From Gemmatimonadota bacterium (GTDB taxonomy: Bacteria; Latescibacterota; UBA2968; UBA8231), in the NCBI GenBank assembly GCA_038153405.1, contig JAYOYH010000028.1, positions 1-41,720 on the forward strand: a stretch of DNA of 41,720 nucleotides, given 5' to 3'. The position numbers and the translations under genes are program-made. Positions 8,645-18,578 of this stretch are shown in pieces; the stretch's first letter is position 1; each line of letters opens with the position of its first letter. The notes beneath the pieces are model-generated. The model saw nothing but the letters and a program-made list of their open reading frames with translations. It did not search any database and had not been told where the DNA came from.

Positions 8645-9799
8645 TCAATCGGCCTTTTCACCTTCGGCTGCTGCCCTCTTCTCCAACTCGCTGCGCCACC
8701 CCAGCACCTGCCCTGCCCGGATGTGCTTGATATCCCACGGCGTATAGCGGTCTTCTATGGTGTCGCCGAGCGTTTCCGTGGCGGCCCAGCGGTCCCACGC
8801 CGTTTTCATCCACTCGTGCGGCATGGCTTCGCGCACGGCCGGATCGAGCTGCCAGGCCCAGCGCGCATCGGCCACCTTGGGCTCTCCCTCAAACGGTCCA
8901 CCCCACTTGGACCAGCCCAGCACCAGCGTGTTGCGCTCGCGTTGGGGCACAGTGTGTCCGGTATGGATATTGGTTCCAATGCGGATGAGGGCCTGTCCCG
9001 CTTTGAGGCGCACGGCCGTCTGGTCAGGTAGCGGACTCTCGCCGTCCCAGCTCGGCGTATAGGGCACGCCGGCTTCCTTCATATGTTTGGGCAAGAGGAC
9101 ATCGTGTTCAAACGGCGTGCGCCAGCGGTTATGGCTGCCGGGGATAATTTCGTGACACTCATCGTCGACTAGGGCTAGAAAGATGCTGACGCCGTTGCGC
9201 TCGTCGACTTGCTTATTGTTTCGCTCTTTAATTTTTTCCCACACGGCGCGTTCGGCTTCTTCAGAGTAGGCATCCGGGCCGTCGGGCCGCCCGTCCTGTG
9301 AGTTGCGGCTCTCGCCGCTGCCCCACCACGTCGTGTCGCGGTGCCAGCCAAGAGCGTGCTCGTGCTTGCGGTTATTGCACCACAGCAGCATGGTGCTCAG
9401 CGTGAGGTCTTCCGGTTGCAGACCACTGCACCAGCCGGCCACGAAGTCGAGCATTTCATCGGATCCGTGGAATTGGGCAAAGCTCGGCTCCTGGAAAGCC
9501 GGGTGAATAATGCCGCGTATGGCCCAGGGCTCGTCCTGCTCCGTTCGGTGCACATAGCCCTTTGAGACATCGAGCGCGCTGTAGGCCTTTTCAGGTCGGC
9601 AGGCTTCCGTCACGCGGCGACCAGCTTCGCGCAGTATGGGTATCCACTCGCTGTCGACAAAGTCATCGATAATGACGACGCTGAGTTCGCGCAGCGCCTC
9701 TAAGCGGGCTTCGGTGGCGCCTTTGCCTGACCATTCGGGTTTGAAGTCTATAAACGCAGGAGCGCGATAGGGTGCTGCACTGGGAGATGAGACGCTCAT
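8645..9799 (-). CDS. Divergent, long PhyH-like Fe/2OG dioxygenase
   Basis: LGWHRD (HxD), IIPGSHNR, VRLKAGQAL and NIHTG (distal His). RBS AGGAG upstream. Confidence 0.7.
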   Translation of the reverse strand: MSVSSPSAAPYRAPAFIDFKPEWSGKGATEARLEALRELSVVIIDDFVDSEWIPILREAGRRVTEACRPEKAYSALDVSKGYVHRTEQDEPWAIRGIIHPAFQEPSFAQFHGSDEMLDFVAGWCSGLQPEDLTLSTMLLWCNNRKHEHALGWHRDTTWWGSGESRNSQDGRPDGPDAYSEEAERAVWEKIKERNNKQVDERNGVSIFLALVDDECHEIIPGSHNRWRTPFEHDVLLPKHMKEAGVPYTPSWDGESPLPDQTAVRLKAGQALIRIGTNIHTGHTVPQRERNTLVLGWSKWGGPFEGEPKVADARWAWQLDPAVREAMPHEWMKTAWDRWAATETLGDTIEDRYTPWDIKHIRAGQVLGWRSELEKRAAAEGEKAD

Positions 9800-9986
9800 G
9801 AGTTGCTTCTCCTAAGGGTAACAGTCCAGTTGAATTAAAGCGCGCATAGCAGCGTGCTGCGCGGTTACATTATCCAAGGATACCGTACGCGAGTCTACTC
9901 ATCAAGATCCACTTTTACAGATGCACCACATTGCTTAGCTCCATCTATCATTTGCTCCATTGTCTGATACATTCATGCGCATGGCT

Positions 9987-11093
9987 ATGGAATTTCCCAC
10001 GCAGTACGAAGATATACTAGCGCGCATGCATGCGATTGATCCGGTCGCCTATGCGCAGACGCGCAACTACGTCGACGGCGCCGTGTCCTATCTGTCTCCC
10101 TACATATCGCGCGGCGTGTTGTCGACGCGGCAGGTATACGATTCGCTGCGAGCACGCGGATACAGCCTGCAAACGGCAGAGAAGTTTATCAGCGAACTGG
10201 CATGGCGTGACTATTGGCAGCAGGTGTGGGTAGAGCGCGGCGATGCGATTGATGGTGACCTGCTGCATCCGCAGCCGCGCGCGCAGCGCGCTGGGGTGCC
10301 CGATGCGTTGGTCCATGCGGAAACGGGCATCGATGCGATTGATGATGCCGTGCGCGAATTGATGGAGACCGGTTATATGCACAACCACGTGCGCATGTAT
10401 GCGGCGTCCATCGCGTGCAATATAGCGCGCTGTCACTGGCTAGAGCCGGCTCGTTGGATGCACTATCATTTGCTGGATGCGGATTGGGCGAGCAATGCGC
10501 TGAGCTGGCAGTGGGTCGCGGGCGCCAATAGCAATACGTGCTATGTAGCCAACCAGGAAAATATCAATACCTACTGCCGCAGTGCGCAGCGCGGCACGTT
10601 TCTCGACGTATCGTACTCGATGCTGGAAGAGATGGAGATTCCCAGCGGCTTGGAGCGGTGCAGCGCTCTTGACTTGGTTAGCCCACTGCCAGCAGCCGAC
10701 GAATTGCGCATAGATATGGCGCGGCCGACGTTGGTATACACCCTATATAATCTAGATCCTATCTGGCATGCGGGTGAAGAGTGCAACCGCGTGCTGCTCG
10801 TAGAGCCGGAGCTGCTGGCGCGCTATCCGCTGGGACCTAAGCCGCTTCAGTTTGCCCTGCAGCTAGCGAAAAACATTGCGGACCTACAGCTATATGTAGG
10901 ATCGTTTTTTTCGCTGAAAGAACGGTGTGAAGACAGCGTGCTATATTACCGCGATCATCCAACGCAGCGGCATTACCATGGGCGTGCAGAAGCGCGCCCA
11001 ATGCTTGCGAATATGGTGGGCTACGTTCGCTCGTTTTCGAAGTTTTGGCGCGTATACAGGCGCTGCTTACTAGAGGGCGAGCCGCCGACTTAA
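9987..11093 (+). CDS. Photolyase/cryptochrome-family protein with N-terminal FAD domain (inverted domain order)
   Basis: Starts with YAQTRN...VSYLSPYISRG, then ELAWRDYW, TGIDAIDDAVRELMETGYMHNHVRM and LLDADWASNALSWQWVAG. Start uncertain (9975-9987). Confidence 0.85.
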   Translation: MEFPTQYEDILARMHAIDPVAYAQTRNYVDGAVSYLSPYISRGVLSTRQVYDSLRARGYSLQTAEKFISELAWRDYWQQVWVERGDAIDGDLLHPQPRAQRAGVPDALVHAETGIDAIDDAVRELMETGYMHNHVRMYAASIACNIARCHWLEPARWMHYHLLDADWASNALSWQWVAGANSNTCYVANQENINTYCRSAQRGTFLDVSYSMLEEMEIPSGLERCSALDLVSPLPAADELRIDMARPTLVYTLYNLDPIWHAGEECNRVLLVEPELLARYPLGPKPLQFALQLAKNIADLQLYVGSFFSLKERCEDSVLYYRDHPTQRHYHGRAEARPMLANMVGYVRSFSKFWRVYRRCLLEGEPPT

Positions 11094-11126
11094 CGGGCAG
11101 GTCAGAACGAGCACAATGGATGTGCG

Positions 11127-11798
11127 CTAGCGAAACTGAGCGAATTCTTCTAAGGTGCGCCGGCTTATTTTCGGGACCTGTGCGTCTGCGTGTGGGTAGC
11201 CGACTACCAGCAACAGGTAGGGGCGCTCTTCGCTGGGACGCTCGAGCAGCGTGTGAAGAAACTTCATCGGGCTGGGCGTGTGCGTTAGCGTGGCTAAGCC
11301 CGATAGGTGCAGCGATGCGATCAGCAGGCCGGTGGCGATACCCACCGATTCGGCCGCGTAGTAATTTTTTTGCACGGTGCCGTCCGGCTCTACGGTGCTC
11401 TTCTTGAGAAAGATGGCGATCAGGCAGGGCGCCTGCTCCAGAAATAGCTTGTTTTCGTCCGTGCCCAATGGCGCCAGCGCCGCTAGCCATTCTTCGGGTG
11501 CGCGCCCTCCGTAAAATGCGCGCTCTTCCTCTTCGGCGGCGCTGCGAATGGCGCTCTTTAGCGCCGGGTCGGTGACGACGACAAAATGCCAAGGTTGGCG
11601 GTTGGCGCCGCTGGGTGCAGTGCCGGCTGCGCGCAGGGCATTTTCTACGACCTGCATGGGAATAGGTCGATCGGAAAAATGGCGCACCGTGCGCCGCCGG
11701 CGCAGGTGCTCGTAAAACTGCGCCGAATCTGCTATCATATGTTTCGCGCTTTTGCCGACAAAGTGCAGCGCTTCAAACTGGGCTGGCGATGCGCACAT
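11127..11798 (-). CDS. Nitroreductase superfamily, iodotyrosine deiodinase-like
   Basis: [35 protein letters not shown]...[15 protein letters not shown] and LTHTPSPM. Start uncertain. Confidence 0.85.
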   Translation of the reverse strand: MCASPAQFEALHFVGKSAKHMIADSAQFYEHLRRRRTVRHFSDRPIPMQVVENALRAAGTAPSGANRQPWHFVVVTDPALKSAIRSAAEEEERAFYGGRAPEEWLAALAPLGTDENKLFLEQAPCLIAIFLKKSTVEPDGTVQKNYYAAESVGIATGLLIASLHLSGLATLTHTPSPMKFLHTLLERPSEERPYLLLVVGYPHADAQVPKISRRTLEEFAQFR

Positions 11799-11922
11799 AG
11801 AAACCATTCCTCTTTTGCTGGATGGGCAAAGTATAGCAAACGGGCATGTCCCCTTCCACAGCGCGCTGTAGCGCATAGCGGACGCTGACGATATAGCGTG
11901 CGTATGTTCTTCCGAGGTCGCA

Positions 11923-14262
11923 ATGAAAGAGACGCGTCATCCGCACCCGCACATCGACCCGCGCCAGCCGCGCAACGGCACGCGGCCCGGTACCAATCCG
12001 CCGGTATTTGCTTGGAAGCCGCCGCAGGGGGTTTCGTGCTCCACGTTGGAAGTGGCGCGCGACCGAGAGTTTAAAGCGATCTGTCTGCGCGTAGAAGACC
12101 TATCCGATCCGGTATTTCTGCCCGAGAAGGCACTGGCTGCTGGCGCGTATTTCTGGCGTTGGTTTGCCGGCGATATGTGCTCTGAGACGTTCCAATTTGA
12201 AATCGACGAATCGGCTGTCGAGCTGGAAGTGCCTCCCGTAGAAGTGTGGTTAGCGCGCTTCTCGCCCAGCCATCCGCGCCTGCTGCTGCGCCCGGAGCAG
12301 GTTGATGCATTTCGCCGGTCAAAGGCCGGTGCACACGAGCCCATTGTGCAGCGCCTATTGGCCGCTGCCGATCGCCTGCTAGGAGAGGCACACGAAATTG
12401 CCGAGCCCGACTTCTTGGCCGATCGCCGCGTAGACTACGATGCATTTTGGAAGGTGTGGTATCCGACGATGTGGGGATCGCGTCGCTTTGTCAAAGGAGC
12501 AGAGACGTTGGGCATGGCCTGGTTGGTCACCGGCCACGTGCCCTATGCGCGCGCGGCCTGCATGCGCATGGCTTCTATTTGTGCGTGGGATCCAACGGGC
12601 TCGAGCCATTTAGGACACAACGACGAAGCGCATATGTCGGTTATTTGGCACGGTAGTCACGCCTGCGATTATGTGTGGGACCAGTTCACCGAAGAGGAGC
12701 GCGATACGGTGATCGAGCAGTTTCGACGGCGCGGTGAAATTACCTACGAGCACATGCACGACCGCGGCACATACGGAATTACGCGCTTTGATTCACATGC
12801 GGGACGCGAGATTGTGTTCTTGGCGCATATAGCCCTGGTATTTCACGAACACATTCCGGCAGCAACGACGTGGCTGGCATGGCTGCGTCCCGTTTTATGC
12901 GGACTGTGGCCGAGCTGGGCCGGCGACGACGGCGGCTGGGCGCAGGGGCCTTCGTACGGATTGGCCTATGTAACGATCATGGCCATGTTTGCCTCGGCGC
13001 TCAAACGCGGTGCCGACGTCGATTTATACCGCAGGCCGTTTTGGAAAAATCACGCGCGCTGGCGCCAGCATATGCTGCCGCCGTATGCAGAGTGGATGGG
13101 TTTTGGCGACCACTCGGAGCGCTGGCGCGATGCGTGGCTGCGCGGTGCCGATCTGGCCGAGCTGATAGGGCGCGAAACGGCAACCCCTGCGTTTTTGCCC
13201 TACGCTGAGGCGCTGCGCCAGGAAGCAGCTGAAATGACGACGCCGGCCGAGCGCGCTATGCCGGGCGTTTCCTCGGAGCTGCTCACCGCGCCCGGCGCGC
13301 CGGAAGCCTCTGACGGCACTGGGCAAGACTCGGCGTCGACGCTGCGCGTGTTTGGCGACGTTGGTTGGGCGGCTATTCGAACGGATTTCGCGGACAAGCG
13401 CAACGATATCGCCTTTATTTTTCGATCTTCGCCCTTTGGATCGATCAGCCATTCGCACGCCAACAACAACGATTTTATTCTGCACGTTGCCGGCCAGGTC
13501 ATGGCAATGCCGAGCGGTTACTACGCCGGCTACGGCTCCGATCACCACGCCCATTGGGTATGGCATACAAAGTCGCACAACTGCGCGACGCTTTCCGATG
13601 CTTCACAGCTGATGCGATCGCCCGAGTCGGTCGGGGCCGTTGATCATGCGTATGAAGACGAGCGCGTAGTCTATTTTAGAGGCTTAGCCGATGCCAGCTA
13701 TGCCGATCGAGCGCAGCGCTACCGGCGCCATGTGGTATTTGCCAAAGCACAGCAGTACTTCGTGCTGGTTGATGAATTTGTAGCCAAAGTGGGTGTAGCC
13801 TCGGCGCTGCAGTGGAATATTCACGCATGGGCCCCGTTCGAAACCGACCAGCGGCGCACCTTTTGGACGCAGCGCGGCGACAGCGTGTTGTATGGACACA
13901 TCATGCACGGCAAAACGGGCTTTTTTTCGCTGAGCGAGGGATGGGATCCTCCTCCGATGGAGGGAAAGGACCGTTCGCAGTGGAAGCCGCAGTATCACCT
14001 GCGCTTTACGCCGAACGGTATTGAAGTCCCCAAGCGCAATCTGGCCGTTGTGCTGTGTCCGCAGTATGCAGGACATTCAATGCCAGCTGTCGAGACGCGC
14101 TTGCAGGGCGAAACGGAGGTGGCTCAAGTCGGTAATGACCGCATCCTCGTCAATGCCGGCGGCGGCATTGCGACCGACGAGTGCGCATCGGCTAGCCTAC
14201 TCTGGATGTCGATAGGTGGGTGTGCCTACGAAGTTGATGACGGCGGCATTCGCTCCGTTTAG
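11923..14262 (+). CDS. DUF4962 + heparinase II/III-like polysaccharide/oligosaccharide lyase (PL15-like), cytoplasmic
   Basis: [51 protein letters not shown] and TKSHN. No signal peptide. Confidence 0.8.
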   Translation: MKETRHPHPHIDPRQPRNGTRPGTNPPVFAWKPPQGVSCSTLEVARDREFKAICLRVEDLSDPVFLPEKALAAGAYFWRWFAGDMCSETFQFEIDESAVELEVPPVEVWLARFSPSHPRLLLRPEQVDAFRRSKAGAHEPIVQRLLAAADRLLGEAHEIAEPDFLADRRVDYDAFWKVWYPTMWGSRRFVKGAETLGMAWLVTGHVPYARAACMRMASICAWDPTGSSHLGHNDEAHMSVIWHGSHACDYVWDQFTEEERDTVIEQFRRRGEITYEHMHDRGTYGITRFDSHAGREIVFLAHIALVFHEHIPAATTWLAWLRPVLCGLWPSWAGDDGGWAQGPSYGLAYVTIMAMFASALKRGADVDLYRRPFWKNHARWRQHMLPPYAEWMGFGDHSERWRDAWLRGADLAELIGRETATPAFLPYAEALRQEAAEMTTPAERAMPGVSSELLTAPGAPEASDGTGQDSASTLRVFGDVGWAAIRTDFADKRNDIAFIFRSSPFGSISHSHANNNDFILHVAGQVMAMPSGYYAGYGSDHHAHWVWHTKSHNCATLSDASQLMRSPESVGAVDHAYEDERVVYFRGLADASYADRAQRYRRHVVFAKAQQYFVLVDEFVAKVGVASALQWNIHAWAPFETDQRRTFWTQRGDSVLYGHIMHGKTGFFSLSEGWDPPPMEGKDRSQWKPQYHLRFTPNGIEVPKRNLAVVLCPQYAGHSMPAVETRLQGETEVAQVGNDRILVNAGGGIATDECASASLLWMSIGGCAYEVDDGGIRSV

Positions 14263-14268
14263 CTTGCG

Positions 14269-14988
14269 CTACGGCTTGAGTTCGGTGCCGTCCCACTCAA
14301 AGCACGCGCCGCTGTGTTGGGGCGTTAGACCGTCCAGCACGGCGAGCATTTTTTCCACCGCGAACTCGGGCGTAAATAGCTTGTCGGCCGGTATGCTCCT
14401 TTTAAAGGGCTCTGATAGGTCGCTGTCGACGGTGCCGGGGTGTAATCCGACGATTACGGCTTGTTTGTTGCGACGGCCGATCTCAATGGCCGCATTTTTG
14501 ATGAGCATGTTGAGCGCTGCTTTGGAGGCGCGGTACGCGTACCAGCCGCCTATGTCGTTGTCCGATATGCTACCTGCGTGGGCCGAAAGAGCGGCAAAGA
14601 CCGAGCGGGTGTCTCTCGAAAGCTTGGGCAGAATGTGCTTGGCGACGAGGGCGGGAAAGATGGCGTTGGCCGCGAAGAGGTAGCTGAGTTTTTCCGCTGA
14701 CACTTCGCGGAGCGATTTCTCGGGCTGTATGTCGTCCGTGTGCAAAACGCCCGTTGCCACGATGACCACATCCATGGGCCCGTTAGCCGATGCCTGTAAC
14801 GCGGCCTGTTCGATGGACGATTCGCTAGCGTAGTCAACGGCGTGGTAGACTGCGTTCGGTGGGAGTGCTGCTGGTTGACGGCGCGAAAAAGCGCAAACGG
14901 TTGCATCCGGGTGTCGGGCGGCCAATTGCTGAGTGAAGGCACCGCCAATGGCACCCGAACTGCCGAAAATAGCTATGTTTTTTATCAT
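14269..14988 (-). CDS. Short-chain dehydrogenase/reductase, C-factor (CsgA)-like
   Basis: GSSGAIG, PEKSL, GSISDN..GGWYAYRASKAALNM (YxxxK) and LHPGTVDSDLSEPF. Confidence 0.9.
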   Translation of the reverse strand: MIKNIAIFGSSGAIGGAFTQQLAARHPDATVCAFSRRQPAALPPNAVYHAVDYASESSIEQAALQASANGPMDVVIVATGVLHTDDIQPEKSLREVSAEKLSYLFAANAIFPALVAKHILPKLSRDTRSVFAALSAHAGSISDNDIGGWYAYRASKAALNMLIKNAAIEIGRRNKQAVIVGLHPGTVDSDLSEPFKRSIPADKLFTPEFAVEKMLAVLDGLTPQHSGACFEWDGTELKP

Positions 14989-15011
14989 ATCTTTCCCCCT
15001 TCTTTCCGAGG

Positions 15012-15995
15012 TTATAGTGTTTCTAATAGGCTATCGGCCATCGCGAGTCCGCTGGTAAAGGCGGCTTCGACGCGGCCCTGGATAAGCCAGTCTCCGCATG
15101 CGCCGACTTGCTGGTCGGGGCTGATAAAATGGGTCGGGCCTGCTTGCCTTTCGATATTGGCAAAACGCCAGGCGTGAAGGGCTTTGTGTGGCGCTTTGCC
15201 GACGTCGAGTCCGATGACGTCGCTGGTTTGAGCGCATAGGTAGTCCATTGCCCACTCTCGGTCGCCTTCTATATGCTCATCGGCCCACTCGTTGGTTGAA
15301 TGAACCAGCAGGCAGCACGCTCTATTTCTACCGGGCTTCGAGCTGTTGAGGGATATCCAACTGATGTCTCGGCCGCGCACTAGCGCGGCGTCAAATTCCA
15401 CGGAGACGGGGCAATCAAAGCCGAGCATCAGGGCAAAGCATCCGCGCATATGGGGTGCAGACAGTGCGGAGTGGAATGGCAGCGACGGGGGCAGTAGATC
15501 GAAGGCCTGCCGCGCGGGAACGCTTGATATGACCCAGTCGTATGTGCCCAGAGAGATCCCCTGGTCATTGAGCAGTGTCCACCGGTCGCGCGTTCGCTGC
15601 GCAGATAGAACGCGCGTGTCGAGTCGAATATCTAGGTCCTGGCTCAGGTGCTTGCCGATGGCGCTCATGCCGGGCACGCCGACGTAGTGGGGAAATTCTT
15701 CGTCCCACTGTCGCCGTTTGACGATGGTCGTGCCATCGATCTCAACGAAGCGCGCGTCCCAGCGCTGCACGGTGCCCTCTCGCAGCATGGGGTCTATGCA
15801 GGCGCGGAATGCGTTGGATCGAACCTTGAAAAACTGTGCTCCGTGATCAAATGCATATGGGTCTGCCCGCCGCGTTGACAATCGGCCGCTCACACCGCGC
15901 GATTTTTCAAAGAGCGTTACTTCTGCGCACCGTTTTAGCCGATGGGCAGCCGTAAGGCCGGCTAGGCCGGCGCCGATAATGGCGATGTTTATCAT
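15012..15995 (-). CDS. Renalase-like FAD-dependent oxidoreductase
   Basis: IIGAGLAG, FEKSRGVSGRLSTRR, FDHGAQFF, HAWRFA and CGDW...RVEAAFTSG. Confidence 0.88.
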   Translation of the reverse strand: MINIAIIGAGLAGLTAAHRLKRCAEVTLFEKSRGVSGRLSTRRADPYAFDHGAQFFKVRSNAFRACIDPMLREGTVQRWDARFVEIDGTTIVKRRQWDEEFPHYVGVPGMSAIGKHLSQDLDIRLDTRVLSAQRTRDRWTLLNDQGISLGTYDWVISSVPARQAFDLLPPSLPFHSALSAPHMRGCFALMLGFDCPVSVEFDAALVRGRDISWISLNSSKPGRNRACCLLVHSTNEWADEHIEGDREWAMDYLCAQTSDVIGLDVGKAPHKALHAWRFANIERQAGPTHFISPDQQVGACGDWLIQGRVEAAFTSGLAMADSLLETL

Positions 15996-16151
15996 GTGTA
16001 TATCTTCCCGGTGTGAATCGCGCTGCTGTGCCTGGTTGCCCCGTTGGCGACGAGGTCATTACTTAGCTACGTCATTTTGGGTGGCATCAGGCCAATGCCC
16101 CATGTCGTTTTTTTGCATGCAACGAATCTACTCGAAAGTGATGCAGATGCT

Positions 16152-17092
16152 ATGAGCCAGGACCCGATCCGTTCGCTATGTCATCGCTGCGAACAACCTG
16201 CCGAGCAGTGGACGGAGGCCCTACCCGTAGGCAATGGCCGTCTTGGAGCGATGGTATACGGTGGGATGCATACCGAGCACACTCAGTTTAACGAAGATAC
16301 CGTGTGGAAGGGCCGGCCCCACGACTATGCGCACGCGGGTGCCCATGCGCACTTTGACGAACTGTGCCGTATGACGGTCGGCGCGCTGGCGTATTGCACC
16401 CAATCAAGTCGGTCGGCGCGGACAGCTACAGGAGTGGCTTGTTGACAAAGACACTCCAGAGGAAACGCACCGCCATGTTTCGCACCTGTGGGGCTTGCAC
16501 CCTGGCCAAGAGATAACCGAGCACACGCCGGAGGCGTACGCGGCGGCCGAGTGGTCGCTGCGCTTTCGCGGCGATGCGGGCACGGGCTGGTCAATAGGAT
16601 GGAAAATCAACTTTTGGGCGCGACTCAAGGACGGCGATCACGCGCCGGAAATGCTGCCATCGGCCGCTGCGCCTGACGGGGTCGAGCCGCACCGAGTACG
16701 ACGGGAGCGGCACCTATGCGAATCTATTTGATGCGCACCCTCCCTTTCAGATCGACGGCAATTTCGGCGCGACTTCGGGCATGGCGGAGACGCTCTTGCA
16801 GTCGCATGGCGGCTACATCGAGCTATTGCCCGCCCTACCCCGCTCCTGGTCGGCAGGGCATGTAAGGGGGCTGTGCGCGCGCGGAGGATTTGTCGTCGAT
16901 ATGGAGTGGCGGGAAAACCGCCTTGTGGCGGCTTGCATCGAAGCGAAGGTAGATGCAGTGTGCCGACTGCGGACGGCGCAAGCGGTTGTGGTGTTGTGCG
17001 GCGATGAGCTCGCTGCGGTAGAGCGCAATGAGCGGGGCATTATGGCGTTTGCCGCGCGCGGCGGCAGCGCCTATGCCATTCAACCACGGTAG
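16152..17092 (+). pseudogene. GH95 alpha-L-fucosidase remnant (large internal deletion plus frameshifts)
   Basis: GH95 motifs lie in three different frames within about 940 bp: EALPVGNGRLGAMVYGG...QFNEDTVW; GQLQEW...[13 protein letters not shown]...[48 protein letters not shown]...LLPALP. Confidence 0.9.
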
Positions 17093-17162
17093 GCGAGGCG
17101 ACCGGCGATGGGTGCATACCGGCACGGGCAACGGAACAAGGACAAAAGATAGGAGAATATTC

Positions 17163-18557
17163 ATGGAGGCAATCGATATTGGAACGCGCCGCGAGCTATT
17201 TGTCGATCACTACCTGATTGATCGCATCGATGGCCAGGCGGCGTTGAGGATGCACGCGCCAAAGCGAGAAGAGGTGGTTTTTCAGGTAGAGGGCGCAATG
17301 GAAAATGCCTGCAGCGGCGTGTATAACGTCCTCGTTGAATCGGAAGGCAACTATCTGCTCTACTACAGGGGGCACTATCCGATCGCCAATACGGAAGGCG
17401 ATGCCTCGCAGCAGCAGACGGCGCACGTGGCCATTAGCAAAGACGGCCTGCACTTCGAGCGCCCTGAGTTGGGTCTATTCGACGTGGGCGACGGCGGGCG
17501 CAACAATGCCATTTGGCGCGGTATTCAGGCGCATAATTTGGTCGTATTTCGCGATAAAAATCCCGATTGCGCCGACGATGCGCGCTTTAAGGCGGTGGGT
17601 GGCACCGGCCAGAACAGCCTCTATGCACTTTACTCTCCCGATGGATTTATCTGGCGTTTGGCCCAGGACGAGCCGCTCGCTGTACCCGGGAAATTCGACA
17701 GTGCCAACCTGGCTTTTTGGGATGGGGTAACCGGTCAGTACCGCCTGTTTAGCCGCTTTTCTGAGGACGGGCGTGGGCGCGCCATTCAGAGCTGTATTTC
17801 GGATGATTTTATCCACTGGAGCGATCCCGTGCCGCACACCTATGACGAGGATGCCCCAGTCGAGGAGTTCTACACCAATGCGACGACGCCAGTGCCCGGA
17901 GCCGAGCATATCCTGCTGTCTTTTCCCATGCGCTACGTGGCCGAGCGCACAACGCCGCTGGCCGACATCAGCGCAATGGACTATCCCGGTACCGGCAGTC
18001 CAGGCATGGCGGGTATGACCGATGCGGTGATGATGTCCAGTCGCAACGGCACGCACTGGCACCGCCCTTTTCCCGAGGCTTGGCTGCGCGCCGGTCTCGA
18101 CGAGCGCAACTGGACGCATCGCAATACCTGTCCAGCCATCGGCATCCTACCGCTGAGTGAGACGGAGTGGTCGATGTACGTCAGCGAACACTACGGCTGG
18201 CCCGATAACCGCCTGCGGCGGCTCAGCGTTCGCCCATGGGGATTTGCCAGCATCGGAGCCGGCTATGGCGGCGGTCAAGTCCATGCGAAACCCGTGCGCT
18301 TTTCTGCGCCGCAGTTGCGCATCAACTTTTCTACTTCAGCCGTTGGTTCGGTGCGCGTTGAACTACAGGGCGACGACGGGCGCGCGCTGCCGGGCTTTGC
18401 GCTAGATGATATGGAGCCGCTCTACGGAGACCAGCTCGACGCACCGGTCGCTTGGAGAGGCGGCGGTGATCTGAGTGGACTAGTGGATATGCCAGTGCGC
18501 CTGCGCTTTGATCTACGCGATGCCGATGTGTTCTCCCTGCGCTTTACCCAACCCTGA
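17163..18557 (+). CDS. Uncharacterised protein, probable five-bladed beta-propeller glycosidase-like fold
   Basis: IGTRRELFVD start, repeated S-x-D/N-G-x-x-W/F Asp-box-like motifs (SKDGLHF, SPDGFIW, SDDFIHW, SRNGTHW), and a C-terminal VRLRF...VFSLRF domain. RBS AGGAG upstream. Confidence 0.7.
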   Translation: MEAIDIGTRRELFVDHYLIDRIDGQAALRMHAPKREEVVFQVEGAMENACSGVYNVLVESEGNYLLYYRGHYPIANTEGDASQQQTAHVAISKDGLHFERPELGLFDVGDGGRNNAIWRGIQAHNLVVFRDKNPDCADDARFKAVGGTGQNSLYALYSPDGFIWRLAQDEPLAVPGKFDSANLAFWDGVTGQYRLFSRFSEDGRGRAIQSCISDDFIHWSDPVPHTYDEDAPVEEFYTNATTPVPGAEHILLSFPMRYVAERTTPLADISAMDYPGTGSPGMAGMTDAVMMSSRNGTHWHRPFPEAWLRAGLDERNWTHRNTCPAIGILPLSETEWSMYVSEHYGWPDNRLRRLSVRPWGFASIGAGYGGGQVHAKPVRFSAPQLRINFSTSAVGSVRVELQGDDGRALPGFALDDMEPLYGDQLDAPVAWRGGGDLSGLVDMPVRLRFDLRDADVFSLRFTQP

Positions 18558-18578
18558 GAATGGAGAGCGAGATTTGCT

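Noticed and set aside
10837..11592. Long alternative-frame ORFs (e.g. 10837-11592, 20772-21587, 31078-31743, 40583-41179)
   Set aside because: They overlap well-supported genes, have low-complexity Arg/Ala/Ser-rich composition and no motifs; expected in high-GC DNA.
16044..17092. Programmed frameshifting or three separate small genes at the GH95 locus
   Set aside because: Most of the enzyme is physically missing, so recoding could not restore it. Decay explains the pattern better.
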